Source: an archaeon
Lineage (GTDB): Archaea; Nanobdellota; Nanobdellia; SCGC-AAA011-G17; PNOQ01
Length of the DNA stretch: 52,157 nt
NCBI GenBank assembly: GCA_018652475.1
Contig: JABICB010000010.1
Coordinates: 1 to 52,157 of the forward strand
Direction: 5' to 3'
Part shown: in pieces, positions 38,330-47,958 of the stretch
Layout of the letters: the number at the start of each line of letters is the position of its first letter
How positions within the stretch are numbered: the first letter of the stretch is position 1
The notes under the pieces: generated by a model
Told to the model about the DNA's origin: nothing
Seen by the model: only the letters and a program-made list of their open reading frames with translations
The model's database searches: none
Position numbers and translations under genes: made by a program

Positions 38330-38666
38330 TAAAAAAATAAATGCCCGTGATGAATTGAACAAAAAGCTTAATTCTAATGAAAGAAAATTACTTAGTAAGG
38401 TTTTAAGGGAAAAAGGTATTAATGTTCGTGAAAAATTAGAAGAAGGACATAGTGCATATAAAAAAGAGTTGAAGAAAACATTACTTACTACTATGGTCGC
38501 AGCATTTGGTTTTTTATTAGCAATCTCGTGGAGAGAAGTGTTGGGAGAGTATATTGCAGTTGTTACTTCATTGAGTCCAGTACAAGGTAGTTTGATAGAA
38601 GCAGGATTTATTACAATTATTGTAGTATTTGGAATTCTAATTTTTACAAAAATTCTATCTGAATAG
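38325..38666 (+). CDS. DUF5654-like small membrane protein
   Basis: AAFGFLLAISWRE motif, two C-terminal TM helices. Confidence 0.8.
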   Translation: MIKKINARDELNKKLNSNERKLLSKVLREKGINVREKLEEGHSAYKKELKKTLLTTMVAAFGFLLAISWREVLGEYIAVVTSLSPVQGSLIEAGFITIIVVFGILIFTKILSE

Positions 38667-38826
38667 AAAAAAATTATATTAATCCTTGATCAACTAATTA
38701 ATTAAATGAATTGTATTCTTTTTCTGAAATTTATGATAGGGTAGTATTAAGAGATCATGTAAGGGCAATTAAAAGAAATCTAATTGTTTCAATAAATATT
38801 TAAATTAAACAATAATAGATAGTAAT

Positions 38827-39387
38827 ATGAATTTCAAGAAACAGTGCAAGACTTGCCCCACTAGGAAACATTGTTGTATATTTAAGGGAGACGCAGGATT
38901 TACATTTGTTAGTCTTTCTAATGCAAAAGATATTAAAAAAAAGATAAAAAAAGATTACTCTTTTTTCTTAGATTATTCTCCCTTATCAAAAAAAACAATA
39001 AATCTTCTTAAAGAAGGAGATCCTGCACTTGAAGGATATCTTAGATATTCTTTACTTGATAAAAAAGGTAGACTTCTTCGATTAAAAACAAAGAAGGATG
39101 GCAAATGTATTTTTCTTAATGATGATAAAAAATGTGAGATATATGATATCCGGCCAAATATATGTAAGATATATCCACTATGGGCAATGAGGCTTACAGA
39201 TAACAGTATAAAAGTTATTACTCATGATTCTGAACCAGAATGCCCAATCTTAGAATCAAGAAATACTGAAAATATTGAAGATATTTTATCAAAAAAAGAA
39301 ATTAACGTAATCAAAAAAATCTTTAAATTGATTGAGAAAGAAACAATCGATTCTCGTAAATCATTAAAAGAGAAACTCTCTCTATAA
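38827..39387 (+). CDS. YkgJ-family cysteine-cluster (putative Zn/Fe-chelating) protein
   Basis: CxxC-x4-CC, CIFL, CEIY..RP..C..YP, ECP. Confidence 0.88.
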   Translation: MNFKKQCKTCPTRKHCCIFKGDAGFTFVSLSNAKDIKKKIKKDYSFFLDYSPLSKKTINLLKEGDPALEGYLRYSLLDKKGRLLRLKTKKDGKCIFLNDDKKCEIYDIRPNICKIYPLWAMRLTDNSIKVITHDSEPECPILESRNTENIEDILSKKEINVIKKIFKLIEKETIDSRKSLKEKLSL

Positions 39388-39390
39388 ATT

Positions 39391-39514
39391 TGACTGTAGC
39401 GAGACTAACTGTCCGAAGCACCAAGGAAATCCATCCATAAATTCAAAAACTTCGTTTTTGCTATCTAGTTTTCTTAAAAAGAAAACTGCGTGCGCCTCTC
39501 CTATAGGGTGGGAG
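39391..39514. other. Hairpin-rich non-coding element resembling an IS200/IS605-type end or a structured RNA
   Basis: CAAAAAC-ttc-GTTTTTG (39444-39460), AGTTTTCTT-aaa-AAGAAAACT (39467-39487), closing pair CCATCC (39431-36)/GGGTGG (39506-11). Confidence 0.5.
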
Positions 39515-39516
39515 AA

Positions 39517-39567
39517 AAAATATAACTTCTATTTATAGGGGTGGCGAAGCTCAGGCCACTGACAATA
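39517..39567 (+). repeat. Copy of an internal segment of the AAA+ ATPase gene
   Basis: 40/40 identical (39517-39556 = 45764-45803); 49/51 identical to 45764-45814. Confidence 0.92.
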
Positions 39568-39820
39568 ATATTAATTCTAAAATTGCAGGTGCATCAACAT
39601 CTAAATATTTATTTGAACACCAATCCAATATTTTTTCAGCATGACCAACTTCTCGATCTAAATCATATTTTTGGCATTTATATTCAGTAATGAATTCTGT
39701 AATTATGACTTTCTTAGAATTACTACCGAATACGTTTAATATAATACGGGTTGTTGGAGATTGGAAACTAGAAGTTGAAGAAATAACGAGAACTTTGTAT
39801 GATAATTTCTCAAAAAACAT
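39551..39820 (-). CDS. Possible 89-aa hypothetical protein whose stop lies inside the duplicated segment
   Basis: ATG start with AT-rich TATA-like sequence upstream; no recognisable motif. Confidence 0.45.
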   Translation of the reverse strand: MFFEKLSYKVLVISSTSSFQSPTTRIILNVFGSNSKKVIITEFITEYKCQKYDLDREVGHAEKILDWCSNKYLDVDAPAILELILLSVA

Positions 39821-40030
39821 AAGAAATATTAAATTATTTGTTATAAGTAAAGAACAGTTTTATCCACATATATTTTCCACGGGAACAAAAATTTAGTGTA
39901 ACTTTCCGAAGGAAAATTTTAGAATTTTGGGCGTTATCTTAACTATTTTTATAAAAAAAACATAAAATAAGTTAATTAATGGTTTAACTAACTATGATTA
40001 CTAAATAAAATTAAAAAAAATAGACGTTAA

Positions 40031-41221
40031 TTAACGCCTTCTTCTTCTATTATCTGATCCTCTTCCGCCTCGGGAGTGTCTTGATTCAGTTTTGTAGTGT
40101 ATTACTGCATGTTCAACCTGTGGAGTTTCTAACTCTGGAATATCAACGTTTTTTTCTTGTAAAACTCTTCCAAAATTTTCATGATCTCTTGAAACAAGAA
40201 TACTTATTGCTTTTCCTTCTTTTCCAGCTCTTGCAGTTCGACCAATCCTGTGTACATAATCTTTTGGATCTGTTGGTATATCATAATTGTATACATGAGA
40301 TACATTTGGAATATCTAATCCTCTTGCTGCAACATCAGTACAAACTAAAGTTAATACTTTTTGAGTATGGAATTTCTTCAAAATGTTATTTCTTTTCTTT
40401 TGTGTAAATCCGCCATGTATTGCTTCTGCATCAATACCTAGTGCAGTTAGATTCTTTGCAATAAAATCAGTATTATGCCTAGTATTACAAAATACCATTA
40501 CTAATCCAGATTTTTCTTTTTCTAATAAGTGTACTAATAATGAAAACTTTATTTTGCTAGTTATATCATAGTAGCCCTGTATTAATTTTTTAGGATCTAT
40601 CTTGTTATCTATTTCAATCTTTACCGGATTTTTTAGATATTTTTGGATTAAATTTGCAATCATGCCATCAATTGTTGCTGAAAATAACATTGTTTGTTTA
40701 TCTTTTGGAGTAGTGTTCATAATTCTCTCAACATCCTCTTTGAATCCCATGTCCAACATTCTATCTGCTTCATCTAAAACTAATGTTTTCACATCGTTTA
40801 ATTTTATTGTTCTTCTTTTAATGTGATCTAGGATTCTACCGGGTGTTCCGACAACTATGTCAGCTTCCTTTAATCTACTAAACTGTCTTTGTATTGGCAT
40901 TCCACCATAAACTGAGGTAATTACTAATTTCTTATATTTTGAAAATTTCTTTAATGAATCTTTAACTTGTTGTGCCAACTCTCTTGTTGGTGCTAAAATT
41001 AATGCTTGAATTCCATTTCCAGCCTTAGTATTTTGTATAATGCTGGCTCCAAATGCTAAAGTTTTTCCAGATCCTGTTGCAGAACCTGCTAATATATCTC
41101 TACCTTCTATTGCATCAGGTATTGCCTTTATCTGTATCTCAGTTGGGCTTTCAAACCCTTCTTCTTCTTCTATTACTCTTAATATTGATTTCTCTATATT
41201 TAATTCCTTAAATTCTTTCAT
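40031..41221 (-). CDS. DEAD-box RNA helicase
   Basis: Q motif PTEIQ, ATGSGKT, PTRELA, TPGR, DEAD, SAT, ARGLD, HRIGRTARAG. Confidence 0.96.
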   Translation of the reverse strand: MKEFKELNIEKSILRVIEEEEGFESPTEIQIKAIPDAIEGRDILAGSATGSGKTLAFGASIIQNTKAGNGIQALILAPTRELAQQVKDSLKKFSKYKKLVITSVYGGMPIQRQFSRLKEADIVVGTPGRILDHIKRRTIKLNDVKTLVLDEADRMLDMGFKEDVERIMNTTPKDKQTMLFSATIDGMIANLIQKYLKNPVKIEIDNKIDPKKLIQGYYDITSKIKFSLLVHLLEKEKSGLVMVFCNTRHNTDFIAKNLTALGIDAEAIHGGFTQKKRNNILKKFHTQKVLTLVCTDVAARGLDIPNVSHVYNYDIPTDPKDYVHRIGRTARAGKEGKAISILVSRDHENFGRVLQEKNVDIPELETPQVEHAVIHYKTESRHSRGGRGSDNRRRRR

Positions 41222-41374
41222 TTTAATTTACTTAGAAAAAGTGTGTAAAATTAATTACTGCTTCTTCTCTCCGTTCAATTACTAATTAGGCTGGAATTTT
41301 GAGGGTTTATAAGAGTTTTGGTTTGGCCTTTTTTCTATATATATCTTTATAAATTTGATTCAATTCACTAATTT

Positions 41375-41704
41375 ATGATAATTAAAGATAAAAAAATATG
41401 GGATAAAGTCTTTCCAAAATTAACTGAACTAACTGAACTAGTTAAAAAAGGAGATTTTGAACCTTTTGATGCTGAATGCATGGATGCTGCAGTAAAATTT
41501 CATATCCCGAGTATGTTAGAACATCAATGTTATGATTTTTTAGTTTCTGATAGGGGTGATCTATTCGCTATTAATGAATATCTTACTAAAGAAGGTATGA
41601 GTTCTAAATATCCAGAGAACTCTAATGAATTTATGTTGATAAATGAGTATCTTTTCGGAATAAAAGAGATCAAAGAAGATATTATAGAATATATGAAAGA
41701 ATAA
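41375..41704 (+). CDS. Hypothetical acidic protein
   Basis: 109-aa ORF with upstream TTTATAAA. Confidence 0.7.
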   Translation: MIIKDKKIWDKVFPKLTELTELVKKGDFEPFDAECMDAAVKFHIPSMLEHQCYDFLVSDRGDLFAINEYLTKEGMSSKYPENSNEFMLINEYLFGIKEIKEDIIEYMKE

Positions 41705-41734
41705 TTATTTATACTTGTTTAAACTAATAACAAC

Positions 41735-42763
41735 ATGAAAATTAAAGTATTTTTTATAGTGTTAATAATTCTTTTTTCAATTGGAATCGTTTCTTCTGGA
41801 AAAGTAGGTAGAGTTTTTGTTGAAAATAAAGAAGAAACTGGCCTTTATTCTTCACACGCTAATCAATTGATACCTGCTACTATTTATAAAACTGCAAATG
41901 TTAGTGTTGCAACCTATAATATTCTTAATTTTCCGGGTTCTACTGGTGCTGATCGTGTTTTTTATTTTAGGCAAATTATGGATGAAATGGATGTTGACAT
42001 TTTAGTTGTTCAAGAAATGTTAAATCAGGGTGGTGTTGATTTATTCCTAGATGAAGTTCTTAATTATCATGAAATTGAATATTCTGCCTCCGACTTTATC
42101 AATGGTCCAGATACTGATAATGTTATTTTCTTTAAACACGATGTGGTCACCCTTGTAAATTCTGAACAAATTGAAACTGAATTGAGAGACATATCAGAAT
42201 ATAGTTTTGTTTTAAATCGTAAGCCTAATTTTGAGTTTGTTATTTATTCCTTACATCTTAAGGCTAGTCCGGGTGGAACTAATGGAAATAAACGATTTTT
42301 AGAAATCTCTGAGTTAGATGAACATATTGAAAATCCCTATTCAATAGTTTTAGGTGATTATAATATCTATAAGTGTTCAGAATCTGCATATCAGAAACTT
42401 ATTAATGATTTTTCTGTTGAGTTATATGATCCTATAGATGAATGTGGTAACTGGCATGATAATCCTGATTATGCTGAAATTCACACTCAATCAACTAGAA
42501 CAACTCAGTTTGGAGGAGGAGCAAGGGGTGGAATGGATGACAGATTTGATATCATACTTTTATCTGATATTTTTGAAGACTCCCATTGGATGAAATATAT
42601 TGAAGGATCTTATTTTGCTTTTGGAAATGATGGGCAACATTTTAACCAAGCTGTTAATGAAGGAGAAAATGATAATATTCTTGATGCACTACATTATGCT
42701 TCTGATCATTTGCCAGTAGTTGTTACTTTCGAATATACTTATTATCGTAGGCCTTTCTTTTAA
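41735..42763 (+). CDS. Secreted endonuclease/exonuclease/phosphatase (DNase I-like EEP) family protein
   Basis: Signal peptide; TYNI, VVQE, HLKA, GDYN, DRFD, SDHLPV. Confidence 0.9.
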   Translation: MKIKVFFIVLIILFSIGIVSSGKVGRVFVENKEETGLYSSHANQLIPATIYKTANVSVATYNILNFPGSTGADRVFYFRQIMDEMDVDILVVQEMLNQGGVDLFLDEVLNYHEIEYSASDFINGPDTDNVIFFKHDVVTLVNSEQIETELRDISEYSFVLNRKPNFEFVIYSLHLKASPGGTNGNKRFLEISELDEHIENPYSIVLGDYNIYKCSESAYQKLINDFSVELYDPIDECGNWHDNPDYAEIHTQSTRTTQFGGGARGGMDDRFDIILLSDIFEDSHWMKYIEGSYFAFGNDGQHFNQAVNEGENDNILDALHYASDHLPVVVTFEYTYYRRPFF

Positions 42764-43162
42764 TCATTTGAATAATTTACCGAAACTTATTTTGTCACCA
42801 TAATTTAAGAAAGAAGAATGATGTTTTGGCTCTTTAAAATCATTATCCATTTCATGTTTTATTCCACACCAATAACTTTCAGTCCTTGCACCAATTTCAG
42901 AAGTGTAATTTATTAGCCCATTTAAGTATCCACAATATGCACAATTTAATTTTTCTATTGGATTCAAATATGCTAATTTATGCCTATCTAATTTTATGTA
43001 TTTATCTCTATTTACAATATCAAGATCATACAGTCTAAATCCTACATGGTGATATACCTCTAGAAATGCATCTAAAAATAAGAATGGTATGATTAATGAA
43101 TAAATGAATGGTGCTGAAATTAAATGTTTCAATCTCTGGTTCTTTACTAGCCTATATTTCAT
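42764..43162 (-). CDS. Conserved-looking hypothetical membrane-associated protein with Cys motifs
   Basis: DRHKL.YLN.IEKLNC.YC.Y.NG and ARTE.YWC.IKH motifs. Confidence 0.8.
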   Translation of the reverse strand: MKYRLVKNQRLKHLISAPFIYSLIIPFLFLDAFLEVYHHVGFRLYDLDIVNRDKYIKLDRHKLAYLNPIEKLNCAYCGYLNGLINYTSEIGARTESYWCGIKHEMDNDFKEPKHHSSFLNYGDKISFGKLFK

Positions 43163-43299
43163 TGTTTTTTTTTGTACTTCTTTATTTTTAAAAGTTTAGT
43201 TAATCTTTTAAACCTTTTAGAATTTTATACTTTGACGTTTCGGACACCTTCCGACCTTGCACACGCATATGGTATGAAAGAAGGTCACAAAAACGTCTT

Positions 43300-44442
43300 T
43301 CATTTTTTATATACTAAAAACATTAATGATCCTAATATTGCTAACATAAACATCCAGAAATAACTAGTCATAAAACTTAATGTTAAGAAAGTTAAAGAAT
43401 ATGCCGAATTCAATGTAAACTCTCTTGTCGCTATATAACATAGGGTTTGCTTTTTTCTAGCATTACTATAACAGAACTTATTGAATCCCATGTTTGTTGT
43501 TGTTTTCGATGCATTGTGAACTGAATCTGCTATGAAAACTCCGATGGTTGATTTAAGAAATATTTTTATTGACCAAATTATTGTATTTATTATTATGCTC
43601 GCCCTATAGAATAAATTTATTTTTTTATCAATTTTTCTTGAAACTATGTACGTTACTAATATTGAAAATAATAGTGAAATAGTATATAGTAATCCTAATG
43701 TTGTAAATTTTTGATCTAGAATATTGTAAAAAATGTATACTGGCCAAACTACTGAAGCAATTGCCAATTCAATACCATAACCTGCAGAAGCAATGGTATC
43801 TTTCCTTTTGAATTTACTCTTTTTTATTCCTTCTATAATCGATAAATTAATTTTTTCATGTTTATCTTTTCTTAATAGCAAAGGAATCATTGATAATACT
43901 AAAATCATTATTGAAATTAAAAACACTGTTGCAAAATCAGTCTTTGTTAGTAAATATGCTCCAGTTATTGGGCCGAGTGCAACTGCAAGAGATCCAACTA
44001 TTTTTGCAGAACCTATTGCCTTTCCTGCTGATTTATTTTTTGTAGACTTTGCAAAGTCTGCATGATAGCCTACCCAATATAGGCAAAAACTTATTCCCCC
44101 TATAATTGGAATTATTAAAACTGTAATACCTGCAGCAGTAATTTTTTCCAAAGAGTGTAGCATTAAATAAAACAGAATTGAAAAGGGTGTACTAAGTACC
44201 ATTAAATGTTTATAACCGAATTTTGCCGCTAATTTTGCAGCAGGATAAGCAGTTAGTGCATGTGCTGCACTAGCAACCATGAAAAATAAAAAAACTGTTT
44301 GTATTGAATATCCTAATTTTATTAAATATATTGGAATAAATACTGTGATTAAAGAGAATGCAAATAATCTTAATGCCAAACTTGTAAAAATACTATTTAG
44401 TTCTGTTCTTAAAAATATATTGTGGTGTTGATGTATGTGCAT
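43300..44442 (-). CDS. Major facilitator superfamily transporter
   Basis: Many TM helices; motif-A-like AAKLAAKFGYK; GPITG. Confidence 0.88.
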   Translation of the reverse strand: MHIHQHHNIFLRTELNSIFTSLALRLFAFSLITVFIPIYLIKLGYSIQTVFLFFMVASAAHALTAYPAAKLAAKFGYKHLMVLSTPFSILFYLMLHSLEKITAAGITVLIIPIIGGISFCLYWVGYHADFAKSTKNKSAGKAIGSAKIVGSLAVALGPITGAYLLTKTDFATVFLISIMILVLSMIPLLLRKDKHEKINLSIIEGIKKSKFKRKDTIASAGYGIELAIASVVWPVYIFYNILDQKFTTLGLLYTISLLFSILVTYIVSRKIDKKINLFYRASIIINTIIWSIKIFLKSTIGVFIADSVHNASKTTTNMGFNKFCYSNARKKQTLCYIATREFTLNSAYSLTFLTLSFMTSYFWMFMLAILGSLMFLVYKK

Positions 44443-44520
44443 AGTTGAACTTTAGTTTTTGTTTATTTAAAGTTTTTGAACTTCCAAAACTCTTTTAATG
44501 GTTCGTTAATTACTTTTTTT

Positions 44521-44871
44521 ATGAAAATTAAGTATATTGGCTATTCTACACTAGTAGGAATGTTATCGGTAGGAGGAATTTTATTCTTTAATAATTCAGA
44601 TCCCACAGTGCTGACAACTTCTGAAGAAATAATTAGTGCCGAAAGTGGATTAATTAGTATGCATGAAAGATTAATTGATTCTGAATATTATGGAAAAGCT
44701 CATTCTACTCTGAATTGTGCGGAATCCATTAGATCTGGACAACAATATCTTGATAAATTTAACTCATTAGAGCATTTAATCAGTTTGAAGAAAGCAAATA
44801 CAGAAATTAGAACACTTAAAAGATATGATGTTGTTGATGAAAAACTCATGAAAGAAATTGATAACTTTTAA
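44521..44871 (+). CDS. Membrane-anchored hypothetical protein
   Basis: ATG 44521, N-terminal hydrophobic helix. Confidence 0.65.
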   Translation: MKIKYIGYSTLVGMLSVGGILFFNNSDPTVLTTSEEIISAESGLISMHERLIDSEYYGKAHSTLNCAESIRSGQQYLDKFNSLEHLISLKKANTEIRTLKRYDVVDEKLMKEIDNF

Positions 44872-44904
44872 AAATAGATTTGCATTCTCTTTTTTGTGAA
44901 ATAA

Positions 44905-46404
44905 ATGTTTGAAGTTGAAGTTAACAAAAATTTAGAAAAATTATATGATTCTTTTATTCCTAAAATGAATTATATCATTGGAAAAATTGATATTGATGAA
45001 GGTGGGATCGATAGTATCGAAACTACTTTGGCTATTTTCAAAGAAGGATATGCCTTGGATACAATAGTTGCAATTTCTGAAAATATTTATTTACCTCACA
45101 AATCTATGGAATTCGAGCTTAATAGGGAAATTGAATCTGAAGCACACCAAGATGATCTTTATGGAGTTTTTGGCGGAAATAAGACTCAATTCACGTTAAG
45201 AAAGAATGGATTAAATCATTTTATTGAAAGATATGCTGATGTTGGAATGGTTGTTCTAACTTCTGATGATGATTACACAAATAAAGATGTCTTTGAAATA
45301 ATGATTAAAGATCATGCAGATCTAATATCTAATTTCATTAATTCACATTATCTTGAAACGCAATCTGAATCTCCCGAATTAATTTATAATATTGGAAAGA
45401 AATCTAAGGAACAAGCAATAGGTTCTGAATTAGTAAAAAGTATTGTTGATAATGTTAAAAAAAATAACACCAAACTTAGTAAGGAATTAGTTTCATTGGA
45501 AAAGAAAATTGAAATATCTAATCCCCAGATCAGTTTTAATAGAATAGGTGGTTGTGAATATGGGAAAAAAGAGATGGATAGAATCTATGAAGATATTATC
45601 CATGGTGATCGTGCAATGTTTTTTGGTCGAAATCCTGAGAAGAAAAAGGGATACTTAATTACTGGAGAATCAGGAAGTGGAAAAACATTATTGGTGAAAG
45701 CACTTGCAAGTAAGTTGAAAAATGATCTTGATAACAAAATTAAATTTTATGCAGTTAATTATGAAAATATAACTTCTATTTATAGGGGTGGCGAAGCTCA
45801 GGCTACTGGCAATATATTCAAACTTGTTGAAAAGAATGAAAAAAATAATTTGAAAACTCTATTATTCTTAGATGAAGTTCATTTAATTGCACAAAGAAAA
45901 TTATCTTCTAGTGTTAATAATGAAGCACTAGATACTTTGTTATCTCATTTAGATGGTATGAATGAACATAGGGGTTTGACTACTATTGGAGCAACATATA
46001 TGCCAGTAAATTCATTGGATACTGCATTTGTTCGAAGATTAAATCGGACCATCGAGGTTGGAAAACCTGATGTTGAGGGCCGTGAAGAAATTTTTAAAAT
46101 TTATTTCGATAGAAAATCTACAATTGCTGGAGGAGTAGGCAATAAATGTTTATTTTGTGATCTTGATATATCTAAGATCGCTGAAACAAGCGATGGTTTG
46201 AATGGGAGCCATATTGAATCTATTGTTGAAAGAGTTGTTGATGCTAAGGAAGATGAAGTTATGTCTAAAATTAAAGGGAAATTTAGTGATCTAAAATTAC
46301 ACAGGGCATTTACTGCTGTGACTACAGAAGATGTATTGAATGCTATTGAAGAATATCCATTAAAAGAAAAAGAGAAAAAGAGAATTGGATTTGGACTTAA
46401 ATAA
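44905..46404 (+). CDS. Single-domain AAA+ ATPase (classical clade) with unknown N-terminal domain
   Basis: RIGG, Walker A GESGSGKT, pore loop SIYRGG, Walker B LLFLDE, LD.AFVRR, PD...REEI, C-terminal RIGF. Confidence 0.9.
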   Translation: MFEVEVNKNLEKLYDSFIPKMNYIIGKIDIDEGGIDSIETTLAIFKEGYALDTIVAISENIYLPHKSMEFELNREIESEAHQDDLYGVFGGNKTQFTLRKNGLNHFIERYADVGMVVLTSDDDYTNKDVFEIMIKDHADLISNFINSHYLETQSESPELIYNIGKKSKEQAIGSELVKSIVDNVKKNNTKLSKELVSLEKKIEISNPQISFNRIGGCEYGKKEMDRIYEDIIHGDRAMFFGRNPEKKKGYLITGESGSGKTLLVKALASKLKNDLDNKIKFYAVNYENITSIYRGGEAQATGNIFKLVEKNEKNNLKTLLFLDEVHLIAQRKLSSSVNNEALDTLLSHLDGMNEHRGLTTIGATYMPVNSLDTAFVRRLNRTIEVGKPDVEGREEIFKIYFDRKSTIAGGVGNKCLFCDLDISKIAETSDGLNGSHIESIVERVVDAKEDEVMSKIKGKFSDLKLHRAFTAVTTEDVLNAIEEYPLKEKEKKRIGFGLK

Positions 46405-46445
46405 ATTTAAATAGAGTAAATTCTGAATATTGTTGAGGTGATACT

Positions 46446-46652
46446 ATGATTGAAGCAATATTATTTTATCTAGTTTTGACCGATAGTTTGCTTGCTAATA
46501 TTTTTGCATGGACTAATAAGAAATGGTACAAGAAGAGATATAAAAAACTGGCAAAACATTTACCGCTGACTAAGGCTTGGTGTTTTATTTATTTAGCTTT
46601 TGTTCTGTGGGTAGGTAGTTTGTTATACAGAATGGGTGCATTATTAATTTAA
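46446..46652 (+). CDS. Small membrane protein
   Basis: GAGGTGA RBS; DS..AN..AW, PLTK.W...Y...VLW.G pattern. Confidence 0.75.
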   Translation: MIEAILFYLVLTDSLLANIFAWTNKKWYKKRYKKLAKHLPLTKAWCFIYLAFVLWVGSLLYRMGALLI

Positions 46653-47375
46653 TGCACTTTTTAATTTTTTTAAAAATATTATGCATTCATCCAGGATTTC
46701 TTGTTTAGATTCTTGCTTTGAATACCTATGGTCTGCACCCTTTATTATTTTTAAAGTTCCATCTTGTGAATTTTTTAAAAAGATATTTGCTTCTTCTATC
46801 GGTACAACTTCATCTTTATCACCATGAAAAATTAAAATTGGTTTTTTCAATTTTAAAATATTATTTACTGGATTATATTTTTTATAATCAGTTATGAATG
46901 ATTCTTTAATGAAAATATCTTCAATTAATCTATAGTTGTTGCCAATTTTTTCTAACTTGTCTAGATATCCTAAATAATTTGCCCTTCCACTTAATAATAT
47001 TGCTCCTTTAACGGAGATATCTTTACTAAACTCTAATGCTGTTAAAACTGAAAAACTATTTCCAACTATTATTATATTATCTGTTCGAATCTCATTAATT
47101 TGTGAAAGAACTAAATCTATTTCTCCTAATTGTTTTGATATTGTTGCATCTTGTAGTTTTCCTTCACTTTCTCCATGTCCAGAAAAATCAAACTGTATTG
47201 TATTAAATTGTGAATTTGGAAGGTGTTTTGCTAGAAAATGTATAGTTTTATTTTCTTTTTTGCCAGTAATTGCATGCAATATCAATATGGTTAATTTTGA
47301 ATCTGTTACCTTATTAATCTCACAAACAATATTTTCTCCTTGTTTATTTTTTATAATTTTCCTTATTAATTTCAT
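46644..47375 (-). CDS. Alpha/beta-fold hydrolase
   Basis: FDFSGHGES, nucleophile elbow GNSFS, HGDKDEVVP, GADH; ATG 47375 overlaps the NUDIX stop. Confidence 0.88.
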   Translation of the reverse strand: MKLIRKIIKNKQGENIVCEINKVTDSKLTILILHAITGKKENKTIHFLAKHLPNSQFNTIQFDFSGHGESEGKLQDATISKQLGEIDLVLSQINEIRTDNIIIVGNSFSVLTALEFSKDISVKGAILLSGRANYLGYLDKLEKIGNNYRLIEDIFIKESFITDYKKYNPVNNILKLKKPILIFHGDKDEVVPIEEANIFLKNSQDGTLKIIKGADHRYSKQESKQEILDECIIFLKKLKSALN

Positions 47376-47878
47376 TTTAATTTCTTTTCTATTATTTTTA
47401 TTGCAGAATCTATCATTACCTTTCCAGTATCGCCCCAAGGACAATATTCTAGAAATTGTTCTGGCTTGATAAAAATTCGTTCATTGATTAGGTCTTCTGC
47501 TGGATCTTCTGTTTGTTCGTTTATTTTTGAAATTTTTCCACAACATCTTATATATAATTCTTCTTTTTTATCTAAGGTTATTGCTTTAATATATCCTAGA
47601 TGTAATAAATCTTCTTTTTTTATTTCTATATCTGCTTCTTCATTTGCTTCCCTTATTGCAGTCTCTTTCCAATTTTTGTCTTCTAATTCAGGACCTCCGC
47701 CGGGAAGTCTCCAGCCCCTTTCTTTAGTTGGCCTAACTAAACATATGCTTCCAGAATTATCAAATAAAACAGCATATACTTGTTTAATCTTTTTTTTATC
47801 TAACTTTGAGCAATCTTTAGAAGATTTCCAAGTAATAGAATATTCAACCCCTTTCCAGATTATTTTATCTGTTGTCAT
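47372..47878 (-). CDS. NUDIX hydrolase
   Basis: LPGGGPE...ETAIREANEEADI Nudix box. Confidence 0.9.
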   Translation of the reverse strand: MTTDKIIWKGVEYSITWKSSKDCSKLDKKKIKQVYAVLFDNSGSICLVRPTKERGWRLPGGGPELEDKNWKETAIREANEEADIEIKKEDLLHLGYIKAITLDKKEELYIRCCGKISKINEQTEDPAEDLINERIFIKPEQFLEYCPWGDTGKVMIDSAIKIIEKKLK

Positions 47879-47958
47879 TACTTGATATGTTATTTATTGA
47901 GATTATAAATTTTTTTATTCTTAGTAACTTTTTTAAATAAAACTAGTTAAGTTATAGT

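Noticed and set aside
39517-39567. DGR template/variable repeat pair with 45764-45814
   Set aside because: Only two differences, not both adenine-specific; many unmutated adenines; no reverse transcriptase in the window
39690-39896. 68-aa plus-strand ORF
   Set aside because: Overlaps the minus-strand ORF and the hairpin region; no motif or promoter support
43172-43363. 63-aa plus-strand ORF
   Set aside because: Crosses the structured element and the MFS 3' end; no credible start context
35254-47900. Integron cassette array, prophage or CRISPR array in the accessory region
   Set aside because: No integrase, no paired attC R''/R' boxes, no duplicated tRNA-Ser end, no phage structural genes and no regularly spaced repeats seen
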